Below, in pieces: positions 30,907 through 40,287 of a stretch of 64,000 bases of DNA. The translations under genes were made by a program, and so were the position numbers. The number at the start of each line of letters is the position of its first letter. The stretch's first letter is position 1. The stretch is taken from assembly GCA_016840165.1 (NCBI GenBank), contig JAEOSU010000080.1, positions 64,001-128,000 of the forward strand, written 5' to 3'. This DNA comes from Promethearchaeota archaeon. GTDB lineage: Archaea > Asgardarchaeota > Lokiarchaeia > Sigyniarchaeales > SOKP01. The notes under the pieces are model-generated. The model was given only the letters and a program-made list of their open reading frames with translations, searched no databases and was not told the origin of the DNA.

Positions 30907-31017
30907 GTGAAATTGAAAATTTACCAAGTACTTATGTTTGCTTTAATCGGCTTTATCTCCAGTTTACCTCTCATGAGCATGGCTTTATGCGGTCAGGGGG
31001 GTACTGGAGGACCATAA
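30907..31017 (+). CDS. Putative 36-aa hydrophobic small protein MKLKIYQVLMFALIGFISSLPLMSMALCGQGGTGGP
   Basis: GTG start after a GGGG SD-like motif (in-frame ATG also at 30874), TAA at 31015-31017; below the ORF-track size cutoff. Confidence 0.3.
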   Translation: MKLKIYQVLMFALIGFISSLPLMSMALCGQGGTGGP

Positions 31018-31058
31018 AGAACCAATTTTTATGGTATGGCGACTAGCAAACAGTATTT
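30926..31058 (+). ncRNA. Putative structured RNA element (nested long hairpin / three-way junction)
   Basis: Nested complementary segments with G-U pairs that favour the + strand, followed by T8 at 31061-31068. Details in findings. Confidence 0.55.
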
Positions 31059-31160
31059 CCTTTTTTTTATTATATCATCGAACTTAAGATACCTTTACTA
31101 TTAGTTCAACTTAAAGATTTTTTGGCAAAACTTAATTTTAACCAAAGACTTAGGTACTTA

Positions 31161-32180
31161 ATGGGAGTAGAGAAGATACGAGTATCAATCGGGAGTGCTT
31201 CTGTGCTTGGTTTATATGGAGGCGCCCGTTTTAAAGATCCTCCAACAACATGTTATCTTATGACGTATTCCGCTGGAAATGATCCTGTTGGTAGACGTTG
31301 CTTAGGAAATTGTGGCTTTTGCCCTCAAGCACGTGATGCAGAAAGTTCACTTGAATTGTTATCCAGAGTTACATGGCCAGTATATCATTTAAAGGAAGTT
31401 TTCACGAAATTAAAGTATTTATCTCCAAATAAGCAGTTCAAACGAATATGCGTTCAAACTTTAAACTACACTCAAAATTTTGAAGATTTAAAATACATCA
31501 TTACTCAAATTAGGAGAAACAACAATACTCCTATATCTATCGCCATCCCTCCTTTTACTGAAGAAAAATTGAAGGAATTAAAACGAATAGGAGTGGAAAG
31601 AGTGGGTATCGCATTAGATGCATCAACACAGGAAATTTTCGATAAGATTAAAGGAAAGGGAGTAGATGGTCCATATCGTTGGGAGCACCACTTTAAGACT
31701 TTGGAAAATGCATTAAATATTTTTTCCGAAGGAAAGGTGTCTACCCATTTGATTATAGGATTAGGGGAAACTTCTAAGGATGTGGCAGAATTGATTATGC
31801 GGTTAAGTAATATGAAAATAACGGTTGGATTATTTTCCTTTACCCCAATTAAGGGAACGAGTTTAGAAAAATTAAGCCCTCCAGATCTTTTGCGATTCAG
31901 AAAAATTCAACTTGCACTTTACCTTATTGCTAAAAAGAATCGAACTTTAAACGAGATTACGTTTAATACAAGGGGAGATATTATTAAATTTAATTTGAAT
32001 AAGGTTGAACTATTGCAAATCATTCAAGAAAGTGATGCTTTTTTAACAACGGGTTGTCCCGGATGTAATCGGCCATATTATACATCGAAACCGTCGGGTC
32101 CAATTTATAATTTTCCCAGAAAGTTGACTCAAGAAGAAATGAAGATTATTTATAATTCTCTGTTAAAATATGTGAATTAA
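31161..32180 (+). CDS. lipS2: Radical SAM lipoyl synthase subunit LipS2 type
   Basis: CLGNCGFC (CxxxCxxC) and C-terminal TTGCPGCNRP, the LipS2 signature; adjacent to an lplA-like gene and lipS1. ATG at 31161 is preferred over TTG at 31122. Confidence 0.82.
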   Translation: MGVEKIRVSIGSASVLGLYGGARFKDPPTTCYLMTYSAGNDPVGRRCLGNCGFCPQARDAESSLELLSRVTWPVYHLKEVFTKLKYLSPNKQFKRICVQTLNYTQNFEDLKYIITQIRRNNNTPISIAIPPFTEEKLKELKRIGVERVGIALDASTQEIFDKIKGKGVDGPYRWEHHFKTLENALNIFSEGKVSTHLIIGLGETSKDVAELIMRLSNMKITVGLFSFTPIKGTSLEKLSPPDLLRFRKIQLALYLIAKKNRTLNEITFNTRGDIIKFNLNKVELLQIIQESDAFLTTGCPGCNRPYYTSKPSGPIYNFPRKLTQEEMKIIYNSLLKYVN

Positions 32181-32196
32181 ATAAACTGTATATCAA

Positions 32197-32976
32197 ATGA
32201 ATGATTGGAGATTCATCCCACTGGAAACCAAAAATGGTTTTTGGAATATGGCATTAGATGAGGCTATTTTAACATATGCTATAAAAGGGAAGAGTCCTAA
32301 CACGATTCGCTTTTACAAATGGAATCCCTCTACAGCATCGATTGGAAGGCATCAGAGTCTGTCAGCTGAAGTCGATATGGATGTCGTGGAGAAATTGAAT
32401 TTTAATGTTGTAAGAAGAATTACAGGTGGAGGCGCAGTATTTCATGATAAAATTCGTGAAATAACCTACTCCATTGTCTGTCCAGTCAATCATTTAAAAC
32501 TGCTAAAAGCAAATTCTATTCTTGAACAGTTCGAACTAATTGAAAATGGTATAGTAAATGGTTTAATTAATTATGGATTAGAACCAGAAAAAGGAGTTAT
32601 CCATTGCCCCGCGATCTTTTTGGATGGAAAAAAATTTTCTGGCAATGCGCAAGTGAGAAAAAAGAATTTTATTCTCCAACATGGCACGATTTTGTTGGAG
32701 ATTGATCCTGAGTTAATGTATTCCGTGCTTAAAGCGCCTTATAATGTTTCTAAATCGAGAATGGTAAAGTCGGTATATGCCAAGTGCGTGGGAATAAAGG
32801 AAAAATTGAAAAATTATGAGGAAACGAGTTTTATTAGAAGCTTACGCAATGGATTTGAAAAAACTCTAAAGATTAATTTACAAGAAGATTATTATACTAA
32901 AGAAGAGTTGAATTTAGCGGAGAAATTAGTGAAAGAGAAGTATTCTAATCAGAAATGGCTAAAGAAGTATGAATGA
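32197..32976 (+). CDS. Lipoate-protein ligase / octanoyltransferase (LplA-N/LipM-like)
   Basis: NMALDEA, VVRRITGGGAVFHD, KKFSGNAQ and LQHGT motifs. Confidence 0.9.
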   Translation: MNDWRFIPLETKNGFWNMALDEAILTYAIKGKSPNTIRFYKWNPSTASIGRHQSLSAEVDMDVVEKLNFNVVRRITGGGAVFHDKIREITYSIVCPVNHLKLLKANSILEQFELIENGIVNGLINYGLEPEKGVIHCPAIFLDGKKFSGNAQVRKKNFILQHGTILLEIDPELMYSVLKAPYNVSKSRMVKSVYAKCVGIKEKLKNYEETSFIRSLRNGFEKTLKINLQEDYYTKEELNLAEKLVKEKYSNQKWLKKYE

Positions 32977-34031
32977 AAATGAGTGATCATATCAAGTTAT
33001 TAAAACGATTTGAATCAAAAACCCAAACATGGTCAGATTACCATGAATTCTTAGATTTACCCGAAAATGAAATTGAGAAGTATTTCAAGCTTACTAAAAA
33101 CATAACTATTGAGAATTTTGATAATATCCTTAAGATTTACATTCCAAATAAAAGGTTTCCAGCAATTAGCATAACTGGGAACGAGTGTTCTTTAAATTGC
33201 GAGCATTGTAATAAAAAGTATCTTGATGGGATGAAAGATATACGAAATGGTGAAGACCTAAAGGATTTTTTATATAAACATTTCCAAAATAGAGGTGTGG
33301 GGGCTTTAATTTCAGGTGGATGTGATCTTAATGGCTCAGTTCCTTTATTAAATTTCACAAATGTTCTTAGAGATGTTAAAGAAAATACTACACTAATAAT
33401 AAATGCTCACACTGGTCTCTTGAACGAAAAAACGGCAAGAGCATTAGCAGAAGCAAAAGTTGATATCATTTCATTTGATGTCACTATAGATAATAAGGCT
33501 ATTAGAGAGATTTATCATTTAAATAAGGATGTAGATGATTATAAAAACGCTTTAAAAATATTAAATAAATATCATCTGAACGTTGTTCCCCATATCTGTG
33601 TTGGCTTATATTATGGAAGATTACATGGGGAATTAGATACACTTAAATTTATCAAAGAATCAGGATTGAGCCCATCTCTAATCGTTATCATTGCGTTGAT
33701 TCCTCCAAAAGGAAAGGAAAGTAAATTTAAAGAGCCTAAACCCATTGAAATTGCAAAGGTTATAGCGATAACAAGATTTTTATTCCCTAATACTGAAATT
33801 TCATTAGGTTGTATGAGGCCAAAGGCAGGAGTTAAGATTGAAACTGAAAAATATGCGTTAAAAGCCGGAATTACCAGAATCGAATTACCCTCGAAAAAAA
33901 CAATAAAATGGCTAAAAGAAGTCAATCCACAAATCAAATTTAAGTTTTTTTCTTCATGCTGCGCAATACCAGAAGAGTATGAATCTCAAGCGTTGAGTTC
34001 AGAGGGAGATTTAAAAATCTATAAATTTTAA
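32973..34031 (+). CDS. lipS1: Radical SAM lipoyl synthase subunit LipS1 type
   Basis: SITGNECSLNCEHC, LISGG, GCMR and C-terminal CC motifs (LipS1 signatures). Confidence 0.82.
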   Translation: MKMSDHIKLLKRFESKTQTWSDYHEFLDLPENEIEKYFKLTKNITIENFDNILKIYIPNKRFPAISITGNECSLNCEHCNKKYLDGMKDIRNGEDLKDFLYKHFQNRGVGALISGGCDLNGSVPLLNFTNVLRDVKENTTLIINAHTGLLNEKTARALAEAKVDIISFDVTIDNKAIREIYHLNKDVDDYKNALKILNKYHLNVVPHICVGLYYGRLHGELDTLKFIKESGLSPSLIVIIALIPPKGKESKFKEPKPIEIAKVIAITRFLFPNTEISLGCMRPKAGVKIETEKYALKAGITRIELPSKKTIKWLKEVNPQIKFKFFSSCCAIPEEYESQALSSEGDLKIYKF

Positions 34032-34061
34032 TTATATGAAGATTTAAAAGGTTAAGAGATT

Positions 34062-35465
34062 ATGAGTGAGAAGATAGAATTAATTGGGATAAAAAACATA
34101 CCACTTATTAAAAAAGGAGATAACATTGCTGAAACTATCATGCAATCACTAAAAACTGGAAATTTAACTTTAAAAGAGGGAGACATCATCGTCATTGCTC
34201 AATCAATAGTATCAAAAAGCCGCGGGTATATCAAAAATTTAAAGGAAATTTCACCTAGTAGAGAAGCCTATCAAATCTATGAGAATATGGTTTCGAAGGC
34301 ACATAAGTTAAACATTCCAGAGAAGAGCCCAGAATTAATTCAAGCGATAATAGAGGAGTCAAAAGAGATTATTAAAAGTGAGCATGTAATAATCGTTGAG
34401 ACTAATCATGGCTTTATCTGTGCGAATGCAGGAATTGATAAATCAAATGTCAATGGGAACGATAACGTTACGTTATTACCAAAAGATTCAGATAAAGAAG
34501 CAGAAAAAATTAGGGTTTTACTTAAAAAGATGACCGAGAAAAACATTGCGATAATTATCTCAGATTCATTCGGCAGACCATTTAGAAGAGGTGCAGTTGG
34601 CGTAGCTATAGGAATTTCGGGAATAGAAGCTCTTTTGGATAAAAGAGGGAGTAAAGATTTATATGGAAAAACCTTACAGAGTACTATAATAGGACAAATA
34701 GATAATTTAACTTCAGCCGCTCAACTTATAATGGGGGAAGCAGATGAAGGCTTACCAGTTGTTATTATCCGAGGATATAAATATATATTTTCAGAAGCGG
34801 CTTCAATTAAAGAGATAATAAGAGAGAAAAGTGATGATCTTTTTCGAGTACCTAATGAAGAAAAAATAATGACAAAACACTTAAAATCTCGGAGGAGTTA
34901 TAAATTCGAATTTGAGATTGAGAAAATTACTAATAAAGAGATTGAGGAATGTATTGATATTGCTCGATATGCCCCCAGTGCGCATAATGGTCAATATTGG
35001 CGTTATATAATTCTGGAACAAGACTCTATACGAGACGATTTAATAGAAAAAATGAATAAAAAACTTAAAGCCGATTTAAAAAAAGATGGCAAATCAGATT
35101 TATTTATTTCGCAAAAAACTAGTAGTAGACGTGAGAAGTTTTTAAAGGCTCCAATACTAGTTTTACTATGCTTAGACACAGAAGAACTTGAAGAGTACAA
35201 TGATCCAGAAAGAGATGAACTTGAATATCTAATGGGGGTTCAAAGTATTAGTTCATCTGCTACTTATTTTTTATTAGCATTAGAAGCAAAAGGTTATGCT
35301 TCATGTTGGTATTGTGCTCCATTATTTGCTAAGGAAATCGTGAAAGAAGTATTGAATCTACCACAATCATACATTCCAATGGCATTTTTTACGGCTGGTA
35401 GAGCTAAAAAAGCTCCAACTGTGCCAAAAAGAAAAAATCTAAGAGAAATCATTTTCAAGATATAA
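34062..35465 (+). CDS. cofE: Coenzyme F420:gamma-glutamyl ligase fused to a C-terminal nitroreductase domain (FbiB-like)
   Basis: CANAGIDKSN, SDSFGRPFRRG and MGEADEGLPVVIIRG (CofE); SRRSY, APSAHNGQYW and GYASCW (nitroreductase). Confidence 0.9.
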   Translation: MSEKIELIGIKNIPLIKKGDNIAETIMQSLKTGNLTLKEGDIIVIAQSIVSKSRGYIKNLKEISPSREAYQIYENMVSKAHKLNIPEKSPELIQAIIEESKEIIKSEHVIIVETNHGFICANAGIDKSNVNGNDNVTLLPKDSDKEAEKIRVLLKKMTEKNIAIIISDSFGRPFRRGAVGVAIGISGIEALLDKRGSKDLYGKTLQSTIIGQIDNLTSAAQLIMGEADEGLPVVIIRGYKYIFSEAASIKEIIREKSDDLFRVPNEEKIMTKHLKSRRSYKFEFEIEKITNKEIEECIDIARYAPSAHNGQYWRYIILEQDSIRDDLIEKMNKKLKADLKKDGKSDLFISQKTSSRREKFLKAPILVLLCLDTEELEEYNDPERDELEYLMGVQSISSSATYFLLALEAKGYASCWYCAPLFAKEIVKEVLNLPQSYIPMAFFTAGRAKKAPTVPKRKNLREIIFKI

Positions 35466-35488
35466 TATAGATAAGGTGATTTGAGAAA

Positions 35489-36412
35489 ATGAAATGCATT
35501 GTGCTTCTTGCAGGTGGTGTAGGTGCAGCAAAATTTATTGAAGGGTTAGTTAATATTGTTGATCCCACTCAATTAAAAATTATCATTAATACCGGTGACG
35601 ATTTGGAATTATTTGGTTTAAAAATATGCCCAGATATCGATATTATTACTTATACATTGGCAGAATTGGTTGATAAGAATAAAGGATGGGGTTATCAAGA
35701 GGAAACTTTCAATTGCTTAGAAATACTTAAACAGTATTATGATCAAGGTTGGTTTAACGCTGGTGATAAAGATTTAGCAACCCATATTTATAGAACTGAT
35801 TTATTTAGACAAGGATATAATAAAACAGAAATTACCTCAAAAATAGCTGAAAAACTAAAATTAAAAGCCCATCTTATTCCAATGTGCAACGAAGAAGTAC
35901 AAACATTTATCGAAACGGAAATGGGAGTTATGCATTTTGAAGAATACTACATTAAGTATCAATGTAAACCTAAAGTGAAGAGTATTGAATATCGGGGGAT
36001 TAAAAATGCAACAATTTCTGAAAAGATACCTCTATATCTTGAAAAGGCAGAAAAAATAATAATCTGTCCTTCAAATCCAATTGTGTCCATTGGGACGATT
36101 TTACATATTCCAGGAATGAAAAATATACTAAAAAGTGCTAAAAAGAAAATCTTTGCGATTAGCCCTATTATTCAAGGTGCGACTATAAAGGGTCCTGCGG
36201 ATAAACTTATGGCTAGTTTAGATTTAGAAGTCTCTTGCGTTGGTGTTGCCAAATATTACCAAGAATTTTTAGGAAATTTTATTATTGATTTAAAAGATTG
36301 TGAACAAAAAGAGCAAATTGAAGAATTAGGGATTAAAGCATATTGTTTTGATACAATTATGGATTCTTTAGCTAAAAAGAAAAAATTAGCACAATTTTTA
36401 ATTGACTTATAA
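35489..36412 (+). CDS. cofD: 2-phospho-L-lactate/PEP transferase (CofD/FbiA)
   Basis: LAGGVGAAKF, NTGDD, CPDID, GDKDLATH, HFEEY, PSNPIVSIG and KGPADKLM motifs. Confidence 0.95.
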   Translation: MKCIVLLAGGVGAAKFIEGLVNIVDPTQLKIIINTGDDLELFGLKICPDIDIITYTLAELVDKNKGWGYQEETFNCLEILKQYYDQGWFNAGDKDLATHIYRTDLFRQGYNKTEITSKIAEKLKLKAHLIPMCNEEVQTFIETEMGVMHFEEYYIKYQCKPKVKSIEYRGIKNATISEKIPLYLEKAEKIIICPSNPIVSIGTILHIPGMKNILKSAKKKIFAISPIIQGATIKGPADKLMASLDLEVSCVGVAKYYQEFLGNFIIDLKDCEQKEQIEELGIKAYCFDTIMDSLAKKKKLAQFLIDL

Positions 36413-36429
36413 GTAATTTTTAAAATTTA

Positions 36430-37860
36430 TTATGCTTCTGTAACTTCTTCGATGGTTGGTGGCTCACTTACTTCTTTCTTTACATAATCTCCTACCGAAG
36501 CTAAAATTTCTTTGATCCTACCTTCTTGTTGTAATTTAATAATGAGATTTCTGTGCTTTATATAAGAAATAATTTTTGCAATAACGGGAAAGATTAGTAT
36601 TATAGGAAGTAATAGAATAATTATTACTTCTGGAGAGAACATAACAACACTTTCTACGATGGCCGGTGGCATAGCAAAAACTGACTCTAAAAACCACTTT
36701 GGATGGATAATAATAAAACTAATAATTACTAATAAAACAACCCGAAAGAGAAAATTCAATAACGTTGAAAGGGCTAAACTCTGTTGTTTTGGAGCGGAAG
36801 TTTTTGCCGTTAGAGTGTCTTGAGCCTCAGGATCTTCCCGAAATAATCTATCTATGTATCTTCCGAGTCTCCTCGTTTTAGAAGCTGCCGTCACTAATTT
36901 CTTTTCTTCCTCTTCAAGTTTTTTCCTTTCAATCATCTCTTTCACATAAGAAAAAGATTCTCCAGTTTTGGAAAAAAACTTACTAATTGTAGGTTTCTCT
37001 TCAATTTTTAGTTCTTCTCTCCTCTTCTTTGCTTCTTCCTTTATTTTCTCCACATTTGCATTTACATAGTGCGATTCACTTCTTAATATATCTAATTGAG
37101 CTTCTAATCGAACACTTCTTTGAAGTGATGGTTTAGTGACTGTATCAGTATAATTAATTTGAAATGCTATTTCTAAATAAATATAGGCGACGATAGCAAG
37201 GGAAATCGTGGGGCTAGATAAAAATATGAAGATATTATCGATGGGGATTTGACTTAATGATGGATCTAATGGATTTGGAAGATCTTCTAAATATTCTACT
37301 TGGATATATAATAAGTCTAACATATCTTTTAATCCATTAAGAATGAGAGGCAAAATTAGCATTGTCACTAAGGCACCAACAGCAATTAAATCATGTTTGG
37401 GATTAGTTTTTATAAATGAGCGTATGAGAAAGAAAATTGAAACAATGAATAATAAAACAAATGCTATTAAGTATAAATCTCCTAAAAATATAAAAAACTC
37501 GTCAATTATAAGCGTTGGTATCTCATTTAATTCGGGAGGATTCCCGGATGGAAAATTAAACCATAAACCTACGAAATTTTTAAAAAAAACCATAATAAAA
37601 TTCTGCATAAACTCATATCGGACATTAAAAAACATAAATGAGGAGATTAAGGCACTTCCGAATGCAACAATCAGAGCTAATCCAAAAATTAAATAGCTAA
37701 TTATGTTACTAACGCTAGTAATAAAAGCAGATAATGCTAACTCTCCACTTTCAGTAAATAATACTTCATCAAAGTGAAAGATGTTAAGGAAAATAGATAT
37801 AATCAATATAAAAATGAAGATATTGATGATTTTTAAGATTAATAAATAATATCTTGTCAT
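36430..37860 (-). CDS. Polytopic membrane protein with charged cytoplasmic loop; last gene of the MoxR operon
   Basis: Several TM segments and an E/K-rich helical loop; starts 2 bp after the DUF58 gene. Confidence 0.7.
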   Translation of the reverse strand: MTRYYLLILKIINIFIFILIISIFLNIFHFDEVLFTESGELALSAFITSVSNIISYLIFGLALIVAFGSALISSFMFFNVRYEFMQNFIMVFFKNFVGLWFNFPSGNPPELNEIPTLIIDEFFIFLGDLYLIAFVLLFIVSIFFLIRSFIKTNPKHDLIAVGALVTMLILPLILNGLKDMLDLLYIQVEYLEDLPNPLDPSLSQIPIDNIFIFLSSPTISLAIVAYIYLEIAFQINYTDTVTKPSLQRSVRLEAQLDILRSESHYVNANVEKIKEEAKKRREELKIEEKPTISKFFSKTGESFSYVKEMIERKKLEEEEKKLVTAASKTRRLGRYIDRLFREDPEAQDTLTAKTSAPKQQSLALSTLLNFLFRVVLLVIISFIIIHPKWFLESVFAMPPAIVESVVMFSPEVIIILLLPIILIFPVIAKIISYIKHRNLIIKLQQEGRIKEILASVGDYVKKEVSEPPTIEEVTEA

Positions 37861-37862
37861 TT

Positions 37863-39191
37863 TTAATACGCCTTCCCCTTTTTCTTTGCTTCCATATATG
37901 TACTTAAGATCTGATTCATAATATCATCCGGACCAACAGTGATTATATTGACACCTAAATTACGTACTTCTTGCTTAATTTTTAAGATTTGTTCCATCAT
38001 TTCTTCTGAGATTGCTTCTGCTAAAGCTTTATCTGTTGCTGACAAATCCACCTCATGAATTTCAAACCAAGGACTAAACGGATTGATTAATATAATGGTA
38101 TGATTCATAGGAACTAACTTTCTTATTGCTTTTCCGATTTCTTTTACTGATCCTTCCAAATCAGATATGATAAAGACTAAGCTTCGTTTTTGATATCGTC
38201 GATTTAAAAAATCCATTGCTTCTACCATTCTATTTTTTCCCTGAGGTTTAATTTTTGCCACAAAATCTAATACTTGATAAAAGTGATCTTCACCACTACC
38301 AGGTTTTAAAAATTGAAAATTTTTCTTATCGGAAAAAGTAAAAACACCAACTTTGTCTCTTCTCGTTAATGCTACTTTTGTTAAAAGCATGCACGCTCTT
38401 ATTGCATATTCAAACTTGGTGTTTTCTATTGATCCTCCTGCCATTGAGTTTGAGGAATCAATTACAATCATTACTGAAACGTCTCTTTCCGTTTCGTACT
38501 CTTTGACAATCAAACTACGAGTCCTTGCACTTGCTTTCCAATCAATTAGTCTGAACTGATCACCAAATACATATTTTCTCATTCCATAAAATTCTGAGCC
38601 TAAACCTTTTTGTTTCGAACGTTGTAGGCCATAGTTTAATGAGAGGGATCGTTTTGAGCCCAAAATTTCGATTCTTTTTATATCTTCATAAGGCGGATAT
38701 ACCAAGATATCAGATACGCTATTGGGTACAATTCGCTCAACTGAATTGAATCCTAACCGGTCTTTTATGGTGATAGAGAGAGGTCCTAGTGGATATTCAC
38801 CCCTTACTTTTGGTTCGAGAACATAAGAAAACTTGATTAAACCTTTAGGCTTTAAACGAGTCGAAATATAGTTTTCACCTAACACTAATCGAAATAGTTC
38901 GGGATTATAATAATCTCGAATTTCTAAAAAATCAAAACTATTTTTGCCCGTATTCTCGATAATGACTTTAACATGTACAAAATCATCTTTAAATACTTTT
39001 TCCTTTTCTAGTTCTCTATGTACTTTCAACTCCTCAACATTCATTTGCCAATAAAATAATGGCAAGCTAATAATTGTGCTGAATAGTAAAAGAATAGCAA
39101 AATAGATCAGAAAGTAATTTACAAATGCAAATCCTGCAGTTAGAAAAAAAACTGCAAATATAATTAAAATTCTTCCTTTTCCTCCTAACAT
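37863..39191 (-). CDS. DUF58 (vWA-like) protein
   Basis: EFYGMRKYVFGD, IDWKASAR, LIVKEYE, DSSNSM (MIDAS) and IISD motifs. Confidence 0.9.
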   Translation of the reverse strand: MLGGKGRILIIFAVFFLTAGFAFVNYFLIYFAILLLFSTIISLPLFYWQMNVEELKVHRELEKEKVFKDDFVHVKVIIENTGKNSFDFLEIRDYYNPELFRLVLGENYISTRLKPKGLIKFSYVLEPKVRGEYPLGPLSITIKDRLGFNSVERIVPNSVSDILVYPPYEDIKRIEILGSKRSLSLNYGLQRSKQKGLGSEFYGMRKYVFGDQFRLIDWKASARTRSLIVKEYETERDVSVMIVIDSSNSMAGGSIENTKFEYAIRACMLLTKVALTRRDKVGVFTFSDKKNFQFLKPGSGEDHFYQVLDFVAKIKPQGKNRMVEAMDFLNRRYQKRSLVFIISDLEGSVKEIGKAIRKLVPMNHTIILINPFSPWFEIHEVDLSATDKALAEAISEEMMEQILKIKQEVRNLGVNIITVGPDDIMNQILSTYMEAKKKGKAY

Positions 39192-39273
39192 ATTATTCTA
39201 CCATTCTTTATTTTTTAGACCTTTTTATTAACATTATGTTTTTTATTACTTCAGAAAAGCTATTTGATATTCC

Positions 39274-40254
39274 TTAAATTGGGACAGGTATTTCCTCAAT
39301 GATTCCTTTTATAACGGCTTTAACATCGAGACCTTCTAACTCTGCTTCTGGTTTTAATAAGATTCTGTGATTTAACGCGGGAATTGTCAATGCTCGCACA
39401 TCATCAGGTGTTACATAAACTCGACCTAAAATTGCTGCTCTTGCTTTGGAACATTTCATCAAAACTAATGAGGCTCTTGGTCCACAACCTAATGCGATTT
39501 GGGGGTGATTTCTCGTTTTTAAAATTATATCTCTAATGTATTTTAAAATTCTGTCATCTATATAGACCATATTCATTAGTTTTTGAGCTGCGAGTATTTC
39601 TTCTCCATTAGTTATTGCTTCTACACTTGGAGAATCTCCAGATATTTGTCTTCTCATAATATCCACTTCTTCATCTTGCTCAGGATAATCTAGCCAAAGC
39701 TTAAACAGAAATCGGTCCACTTGGGCCTCAGGCAAGGGATAAGTACCTTCCATCTCCACGGGATTTTCAGTTGCAATGACAATAAAAGGTTTCTCCAGCT
39801 CTAATGTCTGACCCTCAATAGTCACTTGCCTTTCTGCCATTGCCTCTAATAAAGCTGCCTGAGTTTTTGGAGCACTTCGATTAATTTCATCAGCAAGAAC
39901 AACATTTGCAAAAATTGGTCCCTTTTGAAGTACAAATGCTCCCTCGTTTTGATCAAAGATTTTTGTACCCGTAATGTCGGCAGGTAGTAGATCGGGTGTG
40001 AATTGAACTCTTCGAAACGAAATTCCTAATGTTTTTGCAAAGGTTTTTGCCATTACAGTTTTCCCCAATCCCGGTACTCCTTCCAATAAGACATGCCCAT
40101 TGACGAGGAGGGATATAAATAGTTGCTGTAATATCTCCCCATATCCTACAATAACTCTGGATACCTCACTGAGAACTTCTTGAGCTATCTCACGGATCGG
40201 GCTAACATCTAATGCTTCTCTTTCATAATATTTTGCTTTTTCTGGGCTTTCCAT
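39274..40254 (-). CDS. moxR: MoxR-family AAA+ ATPase
   Basis: HVLLEGVPGLGKT, RVQFTPDLLPADITG, LADEINR and EGTYPLPEAQVDRF. Confidence 0.95.
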   Translation of the reverse strand: MESPEKAKYYEREALDVSPIREIAQEVLSEVSRVIVGYGEILQQLFISLLVNGHVLLEGVPGLGKTVMAKTFAKTLGISFRRVQFTPDLLPADITGTKIFDQNEGAFVLQKGPIFANVVLADEINRSAPKTQAALLEAMAERQVTIEGQTLELEKPFIVIATENPVEMEGTYPLPEAQVDRFLFKLWLDYPEQDEEVDIMRRQISGDSPSVEAITNGEEILAAQKLMNMVYIDDRILKYIRDIILKTRNHPQIALGCGPRASLVLMKCSKARAAILGRVYVTPDDVRALTIPALNHRILLKPEAELEGLDVKAVIKGIIEEIPVPI

Positions 40255-40287
40255 ATATATATCACTTCTTTTTTTATTATTATTTTT

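Noticed and set aside
30993-31009. CAGGGGGGTACTGG resembles the T-box core (AGGGTGGTACC) and sits next to leuS
   Set aside because: It is on the opposite strand to leuS, lacks the essential UGGN that pairs with tRNA NCCA, and no stem I specifier was found. The minus-strand mini-ORFs are not Leu-rich either.
30907-34031. RiPP hypothesis: small peptide plus two radical SAM enzymes
   Set aside because: Both radical SAMs carry LipS1/LipS2 signatures and flank a lipoate ligase, and no SPASM/RRE domain is evident, so lipoate synthesis explains them.
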